Source of the DNA: Macrostomum lignano | Taxonomy: Eukaryota | NCBI GenBank assembly: GCA_002269645.1 | Contig: NIVC01003255.1 | Location: 1 to 55,159 of the forward strand | Length of the DNA stretch: 55,159 bases | Direction of reading: 5' to 3' | Shown here: positions 39,501-51,409 of the stretch, in pieces | How positions within the stretch are numbered: the first letter of the stretch is position 1 | How the letters are laid out: each line of letters begins with the position of its first letter | The notes under the pieces: generated by a model | Database searches by the model: none | Told to the model about the DNA's origin: nothing | The model's input: only the letters and a program-made list of their open reading frames with translations | Translations under genes and position numbers: made by a program

Positions 39501-40826
39501 GAGAACAATTGGTTCATGTCACGGTTTGTTATGGTACGGTTGAACAACTTTAAATCTTTTAGCTTTCCATTGAAGTCTGAGTACCCTGAAAAACGATAGA
39601 GTAGATTTGTCTTTAATAAAAGATCTAAAAAGGCTACAACGACAGATACCGTGTACCGTGTCACAAATATCCTACCCTATCATAGCAGTCTACTGGAACC
39701 GCAGGTCAATTGACCAGTTTTGCACCATAGTGTGGCTGCCTTGAGACGTAACGCAGTCCTATTTAACTGCTGACTAACCACGGCTATCTTGGCTTAACTC
39801 TAGCTAAATCATTTTAACAAACTACTCGTATGGAAGATACATTGAAAAAAACAATTACCACAACAAGCGCTAGCCAGCACAATCGAACCAGTTGAAACCG
39901 GTTCCAGTGCTAAAACTGGCCAGTTATAGACAGCCAGAGGCGTCAGCTGAGGTCCCGCGCCGTCTAGAAACACCGCCCATTGATCTCTGTGTACCTGCAA
40001 GCCCAGGTGATACCACCGACCAGTTTGGTAGCTGTCGGTGTGCAGAACTTTTCGCTGAGTTGCCGACACGTCTCGATAAGTAAGATGCAGGCCGGCTGGG
40101 CTCAGCGATGCAGCAAAAGCCAGACTGTTGTTTAAATCAGTCAGGTAAAAAATCGACCTGGAAATGATTCAAATGACGCTTTTTACGAATGTACCAGACT
40201 GACTTGCAAGTAAAATATTCGAGTGAAGAATACAAAATAGAATTTCCTTTCGAAAATGAAAATTTTTTTAGCTCAATTTTGCGCATCCTATTTATCCTAG
40301 CCGACGTAGATGTAGTGCCTCAATATTTGATTAGGATTTCAAAGCAATCGTAGGAGTCGTAAGATGAAATATTTGGAGTACAGAAAAGCCAATATCGCGG
40401 CAGCTTAATTAGTACCAAAAAACCTTACCCATTGACGAAACCATCAGCCAACAGGAATCGGAGACCGAAGCTGAAGTCGCCATTCTGTTTCCAATCCTGC
40501 GCCAGTGGCAGCTTCATTTTTGCGATCGAATACTCTTGACTCGCATTTGCAGAGCCGTTAGTTACAACGGATGAGTCTAGAAGACTCAGCGCTGGTGTCG
40601 GTGCTGCGTAGCCGTGAGGACATGTTCGATTACAGTAGCAGCTGCCGCTCGAGCCATCTGGACAATCGATTAAGCGTTGAGGCGTTGGAACACCGCAAGC
40701 AGATTGAGCAGGCGAGGTGCTCAGTGGACGACGAAGCGCAGCATTGAACAGCGGCGTCTGGTAAAATGTTTCAGCAATGGGCAAACTGGCCCATAATACA
40801 GAGAGTAGTGGCACAAATCCAAGCAT
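17833..40826 (-). CDS. USH2A: Usherin (USH2A-like): signal peptide, LamG-like, laminin N-terminal, laminin-EGF array, FN3, 2 LamG, FN3 array with Cys-rich insert, TM, cytoplasmic tail; many exons; about 15 apparent single-base frameshifts
   Basis: Domain order matches usherin; signature segments CRCPSSHPR, RLNPAAHPLEFANDGD, GSGYYKFP, WQGCP...ARFLGRGF, LVYEG.....GLSTFTNYLYRVV, CCG repeats, TM followed by RERPPL, C-terminal DSKV. Signal peptide MLGFVPLLSVLWASLPIAE starts at 40826. Confidence 0.93.
24384..25330 (-). other. USH2A: Usherin cysteine-rich CC(G) repeat region
   Basis: VCCEG, QCCPG, VCCRD, ACCGG, VCCGG, QCCGG, VCCGD, SCCGD repeats between FN3 domains. Confidence 0.85.
30435..30506. 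repeat. Degenerate TTAGG(G)/TTTAG telomere-like simple repeat in an usherin intron
   Basis: TTATTTAGGTT...TTAGGGTTAGGTTTAGTTCTAGG; only short runs. Confidence 0.4.
31629..34788 (-). other. USH2A: Usherin LamG1/LamG2 exons (34788..34424, 34325..34135, 33335..33030, 32256..31629)
   Basis: GRWHRVSVRRFGRDSQ|VIIDG, VYIGGLP, SLIGCLRDV, LWHRIEL, LFLGGLP. Confidence 0.85.
36015..39585 (-). other. USH2A: Usherin laminin N-terminal and laminin-EGF exons (39585..39389, 39254..38656, 38192..37139, 36596..36015)
   Basis: Repeating C-x-C...C...G.C.C...G..C..C LE pattern; GT-AG sites with compatible phases. Confidence 0.85.
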
Positions 40827-41514
40827 TGCTTTGGGACCTGACTGAGAAGTCAGAGAGATGTGACTTGCTATACCATCAGCTACCCGTGTTTTTATGCGGT
40901 TACTGCTCATTCAGGTGTGAGCAGGCTAAGATGAGCACGCCAGAGTGCCTGGTGTCGTAAGTCTCTGACAACATTTCAGAATTTGGAAAGCTGCTGCTCT
41001 GAGGGCAGCATTTATTATTCAGGGCGTTATTCATTATGCAGTCACCAGGAGCTGTGGCGTTCAGGACTGCATGGTGTCATGGGTAAGAGTCTCTGTGTTG
41101 GGTGTGGCCCCTAGTCACCCACACAGAACTGGAAGACAATCAGCTTTATCTTTATTACTCCGTATACAGTAGGTAGTCCTGTGTGCATTAAATTTATCAA
41201 AAGATTCTGACATCAATCCATACGTTTTCAATAATGTTTCAATAAGACTTTACTCGGGAATCGTTTGTTTTATAATTAAACAAACAGACAATGAAATCAG
41301 AAATTCAGTTTATTTTAATATTTTTCAAAGAATAAACAATAAACATATAGATTCCTGCTATACTGTTTCTATACTCTTGAGATAAAAATTGTAGTCTGCT
41401 TATCAGCTTTAACAATACATTTAACCTGAAACCGAAGGGAGAACACCAAAGGACTTGTTGCTAAGAAAAGATTTAAGTTGGACATCAAGAATTTCAATTT
41501 TCCAATCCCTTCTT

Positions 41515-44500
41515 TCAAAAGTTTGGACCATCGTACTGCAAGGGAGCAAGTTCTCTAAAGGCCTGCACTTCAATCAGTGACATGTTGTCTGGGAGCTGCA
41601 GACTCGGAATTTTCAGAACGGTGCCAACTTTGCTGCAGTCAAAAATCCATTGTGTGAATTGGCCCTCCCACCACGGGTATTCAAACTCTGCGACGTATCT
41701 TGATAAATAGTCTATCGAGTCAACTCCATCGATGGCTGTGTTGCAGGAGCCATGCTGGCCTGGGCTCTGCCGACAGTCGTCGAGAAGCAGCTGTCCTGCA
41801 GCAAAGTCGCAAATGAAAAAATAAAAACAGAAATATTCAAACAGACCAAAGCATGGAGTAAAAACTGCAGTTTCCCTTTAAATTTATAGTGACTTCATTT
41901 TAGTTGAACTGATTTTTTGCAGTTAGTTTCATGTGTCAAACATGATTACATGTAGATTCTGCATAGCTAATTTAAGAATCACTAGATTTTAACAAGCAGC
42001 CTATAAGCTTGTTTTGATGCTAAACTCTGTTAATACCTTATAATTTATATATATTTAAACGACACATCCAAAAGTGATACCAAATCATTTTTTCTGATAC
42101 TCCACCGAGTTTTGCTGCTATACTACATGTGGTTTACTTTACGGCAAACAATTATCTCTATATGTTGGCTGATGCCTCCGCCATCTATTGGCGTCCTTCT
42201 TTTTTTGATTTTTTGCTTTATCGCAACCCTTCCAGTCTTTGTCTTGATGCTTCGGATATTGTATATAGCTCGTACTGTATACTTTCAGTCAGACACAATG
42301 GCAATTAGTTTTGTCCTGAACAATGTTTAGCTAAGCCGAAGTTAGAATGAATTTAGTAAAATAAGACTTAGCAACTCTCCTATCTTTATGGGCAAAATGA
42401 ACTACTGCAGTGGGCTCATATAATTTAACTATTTAATTATTTCTCTATTCGATAACTATTCGATATCTATTTATTAGTTAGCCGAAATTCTATATCCTAG
42501 ATTGCATACAACTCAACTTCCCCGAAGCACAGCAACTCATGGTCGGTTCCGTCCAGCTCAATACGGAAGGTTGTGCCCGTGCAACTGAGTTCGTTTTTCA
42601 AATAAAAAGTTTGACTTCGATTTTTCACTTCTGTAAATCTGAAACAAATTCTACCGTCGACCTTCACAAGAAAATTGGCTGAGCTCTGAGGCCCACAATT
42701 TGTTATAAGTAGTAGCTGCAGTGTACTGGATCAACCACTGAGACTGAGTCTCCCAAAATGGATGGACCCGATTGTGTGGGCTGCTTACTCTTAAGCTGTC
42801 GTAATATTTATGGCGGTCGTATTCAACAAGACCAATACAGTCGATGATTACAGATTACATTCCTCTTATCGCCGAAAAGAACTGACGGAAGAGCAACGCA
42901 CTTGGTGCTGTCTCGTTTTCAGTGGATCTCACCGTGTCGCCGAACGCTTCCACCTCAATCAGTCTCAAACGGAACCCATCTTATCAAGCTTTCAATTCGT
43001 AGAACTTTTCCCCAACCATTGCAATCAAAATCACGCAGTGAAGAAGCTTCCTCTGTATACGTTGCAGACCCTCCCGTCGAGCGTGATTCGGAAATGGTTC
43101 CAGTCTGAGTAGCGGTCCATATTATTGAATATTTTGACATGCATGAAGTGGGCAGCAACGGGGACCTCTGCCTCCCTATAGGCCCCACTAGGGAAGGCGT
43201 TCACTACGAGTAAGACTGTGACAAACGCGCCAGAACGGATAAGAGGTCTGCGCGATTACGCCATCCATTGCACAAGAGCAGGCGTGCAAACGTTGAGGAA
43301 AATGTTGTTTGAGCTCTGACGACACTTATACAGATTTAGCTGACCTAAATTATTTTGGGAAGATATAGAAATAGAATTAACGAAGTGTATTTCCGAGTAG
43401 AAAGTGTATTTTTGACGCTTCTTGTGCGGCTGCTATCGGCTGGCCTTTCTGCAACAGACTTTCCATCGATGGCTAGCATGCATGCAACCCACTGGGGCTG
43501 TTGTATGTCACACCGGGGCTGGAAAAACTCTGACGGCACTAGGTGAAGACTGGGTGAAGTGCCACAAAGTTTATTTGATAATACTTCGATAAAAGCCATT
43601 ATTACTAGGAAATAAAATAACTACCATCAATCACTTTCAAACTGAGAAAATTCACATACAGAGATGTTTCACTTGTTTCTAGTAAATTGATTACATTTAT
43701 TAAGTTTATTAAAATTAAAAATAGAAATTTTATCATTTATTAGATTAATATAAAACTTAATGTTGGAAGGCAGCTGTAAATTACCGGTTTTGCAGCGGCT
43801 TTTTAAACCATGGGATTTTCCAAAAAGATTAATTGCTCACTATTGCATATTTCGACTTTTGCTAATGTAATTTTCAGACATTTGGCCATCAAAAAAATTA
43901 ATAAATTTTTTAGCGTTACTGTAAGTGCTCTGCTAAGAGCTGGTTGCTGAAGAAACTTAGGGGCGAGAATTCGGAGACGGCAGGTGGAGTTCTTTGGTCT
44001 CATTATGAATAAGAAAGGAATCGAGCAGCTGCCAGTGACTGGGAAGATTGAAGGAAAAAAGACCGTGAAAGACAGCAAATAACCCTTTCTGAAGAATTTG
44101 TCTCAATAAATGAACACGAGCAGCCTGGAAATACTTCACGCCTCAACGGACTGTGCTTTGTGGAAGACTGTGGTCGCCAACGTCCTCCGTTCATACGGCC
44201 CTACACTGTAGAGAGAGGGAGATATTCCCCGATTGAACCTAGTAGCAAGATGCAAATAAAATGTCAATTAGCAAACCTATTCGCCTCTCCGCTCGAGTGA
44301 CCGAATGCTTGAACCTCGGATAAAAAAGTTGAGATCTGCCGTGACACTGAAATCTGAGCACACGACCAACTTTACCGCATTTAAAGAACCACTCCGAGAA
44401 CGCTCGTCCGCTAATGTATCTCACGCATGTCACGTTGTCAACTGAAATCGAAACTTTCTTACAGTGGTTCGGAGAGGTTTCAATTTTCCAATATATTTGC

Positions 44501-45400
44501 ACATGAATGAAGTTGACGCCGCCTATTGATTCCGCCTCCCACCAGGGTCCAGCTCCAGCTTAGTGCTGTCAACCCACCAGGTTTGTAGCGATGAGGCTGT
44601 CAATAGCAATCTGACAGCGGTCCTGAATGGCATCAGGCGGCATTTGTGCAGATACAGTGACCTGAAGATGTAAGATAAAAGATCTGATTTACAAGGGATA
44701 CACGCACAAGGAAGTTGTGCCTTGGGAGCTAGCTATCCTGGACAAGAAGAGCACAATTTTCGTGCACATGCCAAGAATAATGTCTCCACGCATGTAGTTT
44801 AACTCTAGGCCTCATTAAAAATATTTTTCATCTAAGAAGCTATTGTCTGGAAATCCAGCATTTACTCTGAACTTGCAACTAAGGGTAAATCATTTTGCAC
44901 TTACGAGCAGGGTTTATATTCATCTGACGAAAACTTCGAGGGGCGATTTTGACAGGACCTGCAGTGTTACGTTTTGGATTATCGATATTTGCAAAGCTAA
45001 ATTTAGGATTAGCAGTCGTATAAGTAGGTGACTTAGAATAATCGATGTCTGATACTTGATGCACCGAGGCTAAATAGACCTATATATGTAAACTTGCACT
45101 TCACTTAGACTCATGAAGCTGTAATAGGACTCCGGTCTTTCAATTTTTCAAGATGCGACTCGTGAGATTCCAATTTAGCCCCAAATTTATGTGGCTGCAC
45201 TTGGAATCGAGCCTGGGCCGTTGGCACATCAGTGCGCCGTGATGGATCTCTGGGCTGCGGCCCAGAGTCTCATCTGATAGATCATGGCCTACAATGTACT
45301 TGTCTGTCCCAGACAGTTGTCTCATAGATCATAACCTAGGTCACTCGCCAAATAGATCATGACCAACCTGTGCCAGTAAAAATTGCTTATCCCGGGTAGA
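41515..45400 (-). CDS. Gene or pseudogene with at least 4 near-complete and 2 partial tandem divergent F-type-lectin/F5-8 type C-like domains, frameshifted
   Basis: Hand translation shows a recurring unit GQLxLxxCRQ...C..AIDG...PWW/PFW...DG.xC...FxC...GxVLxI...LxEVQAF at ~44661-44299, 43344-42930, ~42890-42510, 41795-41515, plus fragments at ~45114-45088 (MSLSEVQVY) and 43599-43440 (CMLAIDG). The 5' end was not located. Confidence 0.65.
43910..44223 (+). mobile_element. 5'-truncated, degenerate RTE-clade LINE 3' end
   Basis: IRRRQVEFFGLIMNKKGIEQLPVTGKIEGK and WKTVVANVLRSYGPTL-stop followed by a GA-repeat tail match the RTE ORF C-terminal consensus (IRKRQL.FFGH.MR...E.L..TGKIEGKR); in-frame stops present. 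Confidence 0.8.
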
Positions 45401-46008
45401 CGGTAATCGCACTGACATAAATTAAAGCACCAAATCGGCTTGAATAAATTTATTAAGCTCAATGATAAAAGTTGACAATACGATTTCAAATCTGTTCACA
45501 ATCGAGATTTGCACTAGGCAAAAGTCTAATTTTATTGATATAATATACAGACTGGTAATACGCATATGCACAATACTGTATATTCCCTGCAAAGCCACGC
45601 ACAAAATGAACCAAAATTAAATTACAATCGTATCTGTAGAACTTATCGCAGTACAAAGTAAGAGTATTTTAAAACAAGCGCAACTTATCAAGTTTTAAGC
45701 ATACTATAAAGAAATACATATACGGAAATACTACAGAAATTAGTAAAATACACTGGAGCAGAGATTCACAGAATATAATGAAATACAAATACTGCGTTTC
45801 TAAACGTGCTTCGACGGTTGTCGGCTTTATTTGTATGTAAAATAATATAGACGGCCTTTTTGATTCATTGGTGGTTGCAGTTTTTAGTGGAGTAGCTCGC
45901 ATTATACGAGATAAAAATATTATACTATTTGATACCAAACAGGGCATACACGCTCGTATGTAATGCTTTACACAGAATAATGAGATTCTTTCTAAGAACT
46001 CAGTTAGT

Positions 46009-49000
46009 TCACTTCACATCTGTTCCGCTGTCAGCATCGACCACAGCAACCACCGGGACGTTACCTGCTGCCCGAACAAACGTGATCTGCGTTGGCTCTT
46101 CGTTCAGGCTGCTCTCAGCTTTGCCCGACCGAAGCTTCTGCGACTTGGCCACGGCTGCCCGCAGTTTCCAGCCGCTGATGCCGCCAAGCGATGTCGCCGA
46201 GTGCACCGTGTCGCCATTGGATCCGACCGTCAGCTGATTGTCGTCGTTAAACTTCTGACCTTTTTTCTTCCGGATGGAGCTTCTCTCCGAAGACTGCGCG
46301 GACTTTGGGACGGCTAGGGAGCCAGCGGAGTGCGTGCCGTCCCTGTGGCTGCCGTGGCTACCATGACCGCCTCCGTGCGTGCTGGCCAGCTGCTTGCCTC
46401 GATCCCGCATCCGCTTCAGCATGGCCTTGTTGAGCTGCCGTTCAGTCTGCTCAGCGCTGCCGAATTTGTCGTGCGCGTGAACTTGCGAGAAATCGAAACA
46501 GCCAAGGAAATCGGCCACCTAGGACAAGTTGCGTTGGACTTGATGAAATCTTTTAGTAGGAACTAGAAATTCTATTGAAGAGAACACGAGGCTTAAGATT
46601 GTTGGCTCAAGAAGATCGCTTAATAATGTCTATTGTGTTGACCCTTGAGCACACAAAGTCGCAGATGCTGGAGGACAGGTACGCAAAAACAAACGGCGTG
46701 CAGCAGGGTAGGCAATTTTTTTAAGTCAAGAGAACCTATCGCATGACTGCTGGCCAGAGGAGGAGAGAGAGGAGAGAGAATATAGAAGAGAGAAGAGAGA
46801 TAGGAGAAAGGAGGTGAGGGAATAAAGGAGAGGGAGGAAAGGAAAGGGAGAGAAGAGGAGAGAAGATGAGATAAGATGAGAGAGAGGAGAGAGATTAGAT
46901 CGAGAGAGGGGAGCTAAGAAGAGACTCAAACGTTGAGCGGGCCAGATTGATTCAAAGGACCCGATCGAGGGCCGGATAGAGAGGCTACACCGAACCCCTG
47001 GCGTACAGGGAAGATAAACTCCTCAATATTTGTGCACGAGTCACAAATGAAATGTGCAAGTCTGCACTGAAGGACTTTCAAGAAATTGCTCATGGCATAG
47101 ACTTGAGTAGTTTCTTCTGTCAATGAGTTATTGATTACAAAATATCGACGCACTATGTCTTTTTCAAGGGGTTTCCTACAGGCACATCTCTAGCCAGCTC
47201 TCGTGTCTGGAAATGGAGTGATTGGAGCAAACTTAAATGCAAATTTTCACCTGAGCTTCCTCCGCTTCGCCGCTGTCAGTCAGGCCTCGTGGAAAAATGC
47301 TGTCCTCAGCTCCGCCCATCTTGATGGCCCCCTTCAGATTTGAGTTGAGTATGTCGGACATGGGGATGTCGGCCTCGTCCTTGCCCATTGGGTTTAAGAG
47401 GCACATGCCGATTTTGAACCAGCCTGAAAGTATGAAAATTATTCACGTTGTTTGCGAATCAAACAACCGACATAAGCCAAGCGTGCCAAATTTACTATAC
47501 TTAACTTGCTTGTGCAAATTTCTGCCATTGTGTTACAGCTAGTCACTGTGTTTGCGTACAGTCAAACGTCAGCTCAATGATAACAGAACCTAGGCCAAGA
47601 AGCAACCCAGAGTCACTTGCGTCGCCCTAAAGTCAATTCAGAGTCGTTGCAGGCTCAGAAATATCACGGTACAAGTCACAAAAAGTCGTCAGAGTCATCT
47701 AAGAGTCAGTTGAGGCGTTTTGTTGCCTGTGCTTCTAGAATGGGTCGTAGAATCGTATCTCAGGCGTGCTATAATCGCTTTAGATTCACTGAGTTGCTTC
47801 TGCGTCACTCCATGAATTTGAATCGCATTTCGCATTTTTGCTTCCTATAACAACCATATTCAGTGTGCTTGAGTCAGTAGAAAGTTAAACGCGAACACAA
47901 CCACACTTGGACGACTTTTTCCGAGACTCTTTTGCGATTCTACAACTCACTTAATGCGCTCGTGACTCAACATTCGCCTCTCCGAAGCATTACAGCCGTT
48001 TTAGTAATTAAAAAGTCACAATAGTCGACCCAGGCTCGCTAGAGTCACTACTTAGAGCTGTTTGCAACGACTCTAGCGATCCTTGTCACGATAACATTTT
48101 CAACGGGCAGGTCAAGCAGTCATGGTAAGGTCATTCTGCTGAGCCCTGAGAACACACAAGCACACAGTTACGTACACAGGCGTCCTAAGTTTCTCATCCT
48201 TAAGCTCATGACAATGTACATGCTCTGCGCATCGCATGTTTGCCTTTTCGAGCACGACAATCTCTGGACCGGTTTTCATGCGCAAGCCCCAAATTAATGC
48301 GTCGATACATGGTTTTTTTCGTGAGACTTAAACGAGTTTTAGCTCTCATAAGGCCTCCATAATTTTTACTCACCGAGGTAGAAAATAAATTCGAGTCCTC
48401 CAAGCAGGGGAATGAAGGCAAGAACCTGCTGTCCCGTGTTACGACTGTAAGTGCCATTTACGTTGAAAGTGGCGGTGCTGCTCTGCACAATGTCGGAGTC
48501 CATCAGCTGGGTTGAGACAATGGTACACGCTAGGTAAAGGTAGACGGCAGTAACAGCCACTTGAGTGTACACTAGCGGGATGTTGAACTCTGAGTACATC
48601 CATATCTTTTGTAGATCAAACCGAAACTTCTGGACAATGTCCATCAGCCACAGGCAGTGTCTTTCGTCAGCAATGCAATCTGACGGATGAATAAATATTA
48701 AGAATGTATCTTAGGACAGAAATGCTGTTCTGCCTTGATTGGATGAGGGGTAGGGAATGGTAGGCCTCATCACAGAATTGGTGGCCGTGACAACCAAACA
48801 CACTAGTTATCGATGCGCCCCCAGCACCTAGAGCGTCAGTTTCAGAACTTAAAGTGTCAGTCCCAGAACCCAAAGTGTCAGTCCCAGAACCCAAAGTGTC
48901 AGTCCAAGCACCCTAAGTGTCAGTCCAAGCAACCAAAGTGTCAGTCCCAGAACCCAAGCATCCCAAAAAGTGCTACTACCTCCTTGAGACCCTAAAATGC

Positions 49001-50379
49001 ACTTGTACACTACTGTGACAAGAAATGTACCGTTTTTGATGCTAAAATTTGAACAATGCGAGTCCAGACCTAATTGGCTAAAAAATTAGCTGACATTAAG
49101 GTTGTCACAGAACTAAACACAAAAACTCACTCAAGTTCCTAGCCCTGCGAATAAGCCGGGTGGCCCACACCAGAGGCAGCCAGTACTCCGGGTCGTAAGA
49201 ATGCTTGCTCTCGCTTGACAATTGAGCTGATCGGCCGAATGCCAGCACCTCATTGTCCGTAACCAGCTGGCCAAAATATTTCTGCACTTTAATGTCCGAG
49301 TTGACCATTTTTAGACGCCGTTTCCACGTGTGCTTGAACTTCTTAGTTTTGCTTTTCGGTTCGAAATAACCAAATCGTTCTCTGATGTGAAGCGACACCC
49401 GAGCCATCATGAGGATCCAGGCCAGGTTCAGGTACCTCAGCACGGTGATTCGCAACTTTCTGGCCAGATCGCTCCTACTGGCTTTCGGGCTGTCCAGGAG
49501 GGCCTGACAGTAGAATGAAGGAGTCTGCACCCATGGTATGGACATGCAGACGGACCACCAGCTGTTGAAGGGTGTTCAATCAAGCGGATATTGTTATATT
49601 TTAATTATTGAGGGTATGTGAACTTACGCGCTAAGGAACCTTTCATTTTATATATACTTTATTCTACGGAGCGATCGGGATTACTCTCATAAAACCCTTT
49701 AGAGCATGCGACCTTTGTGTATTTCTTATAACTTTTTTTACCATTTCAACTGGGTCACTGGGGCATGCAGTTTGGCTAATTAAGCATTGTGAATAGCATA
49801 AATCACTTGGAATATAAAAATATGTATATTTATGCACAACTTATTCATGAAGCGGTCATGTGACCCTTCAGTGCACAAAAATGTTTTAAGTGTCAAGTAA
49901 AACAAAATATGCAGTATCTTCTTTTTTATATTGACCTTAAAAGCTGTCAAGGTTCGATCCAATATTACAGTAGGTTATGAGATCTAGAATTAACATAAAA
50001 ATAAAACAATTCAAAGCACAAAAGCTGTTTCAGATATCTCCTACATTCATCGATATTACGAGAATATTTATTTAAAAATTAAATATAAAGCAACTCACCG
50101 TTCCACAACGGACGATACAAAGAAGCCGAGCATGAACGAAAGCGGTACGGATGTGCTGACAGTTTTCAACCAGCTCACTGTGACCTCGAATGTAGCCTTC
50201 ATCTTGGCGTCATTGTACAGGATTAGCTGGTACAGCATCGCCAGTGATACGTACAAAGCGACGAACACCAGGAAGTCAACCCAAAGCAACTGCCAAACAC
50301 TGCCGGACCAGCGGAACAGCAACTTGATGAAGAATAGCCGATCTTTCGTATAGATCTTGGCTGCGTAACTCACTGCCAT
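46009..50379 (-). CDS. BEST: Bestrophin-family anion channel, ~566 aa; exons 50379..50099, 49561..49131, 48679..48374, 47423..47251, 46518..46009
   Basis: MAVSY...KLLFRWSGSVWQLLW, VPLSFMLGFFVSSVVERWW, IPLVYTQV, GWFKIG..LLNPMGKDEAD; exon lengths sum to 1701 nt with consistent phases and canonical GT-AG sites. Confidence 0.93.
46755..46925. repeat. Polypurine (GA-rich) low-complexity tract in the last bestrophin intron
   Basis: Almost exclusively G/A for ~170 nt. Confidence 0.9.
47800..48110. repeat. Dispersed repeat, copy B, in a bestrophin intron
   Basis: Homologous to 6057-6337; perfect 11-bp inverted repeat TCGCTAGAGTC / GACTCTAGCGA at 48036-48079. Confidence 0.75.
48850..48957. repeat. 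Tandem repeat, ~5 x 21 bp (AAGTGTCAGTCCCAGAACCCA)
   Basis: Directly visible with minor variants; lies in a bestrophin intron. Confidence 0.9.
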
Positions 50380-51409
50380 GGCTGGCGGGCCTCACTGAGT
50401 TCCGTAGCACCCTATAAAATAAGAATTCCAGTTTCTAGTCTGGTTATATACATATTTTAACTTGTCCCGCGTTGGCCGTCTACAGTGGAAGGTTTCCCGG
50501 AAATTTCCACTGTGCAAATGGAATGAAAGTAGAGCGGTGTATTCTATTATTCTGACTGAGCCCTGCCACACCAGAGCACCCTCCCCCCCTCAACCTGGGG
50601 GTGGGTTTGCGCTCGCGGACCAACTTTTCTTTACTTGAGCCCTTGACTATAAAGCCAATCCACATTAGCATAGGACAAATGCTTTAGAAAACGCAACTAT
50701 GAAACTCAAACGAGACCAATTTAATTTATTAGAAAGTTGATAGCCACAGTACAATGAAAGGTCAGGGGCTAAGTTCTTATTTGGCTGTCAATGTACTCAA
50801 GGGCTGTACGTGGGCTGGCAGACAGAATGAGATTGCCGCCTTCGAACTTAAGAGGGTTTACACATTACACAAAAGGAAAGCTTGTACTAGCCAGGGGGTC
50901 GCAAAGTGAGCACTGAGCACACAAAGAGGCTTGGAGAAGAAAGCAGACCGTAAATAGAATATGACGGCAGAACATGGAATATTCTTTGAATATCCATTAA
51001 CTAAGTTGCAAAAAAATTAAACTCCAGTGCATAAAAGCTTTCTTTAACCTTTTGGGGTTTAAATGCTAATAAAAGATTTTTCTAGGAGAGCATTTCACTG
51101 CTTTTTGGTAGAGCTGAATTATCTCCAGCATATCAGAAGCAAAAACAGGAATTTTTTTAAAGTTTGAAAAACTTGGATCGTTTAAAGATAACTGCAAGAA
51201 TGTATATTCTACCCTGTACGAAGATGTTTCTACATGTACATGCAGGTGGTTTCTTCCCCGGTGTTCTATAGGTGTAAGCAGGCGCGTCGCCACCGGGGGT
51301 GGGCATGTCCCTCCAGTAAAAGCTCTTGGGGGGGACATGCCAATGCTTTGTCCCCCCACCCCACTTTGTGGCTCGTTGTAGTAATCAATAATCTTTCTTC
51401 AGGGCGCCA

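Noticed and set aside
48667-48995. Repetitive ORFs (KCQSQNP / GTDTL repeats)
   Set aside because: Products of an intronic 21-bp tandem repeat.
17833-50379. Functional clustering of USH2A and bestrophin (both human retinal disease genes)
   Set aside because: No sequence evidence of co-regulation; most likely coincidental neighbours.
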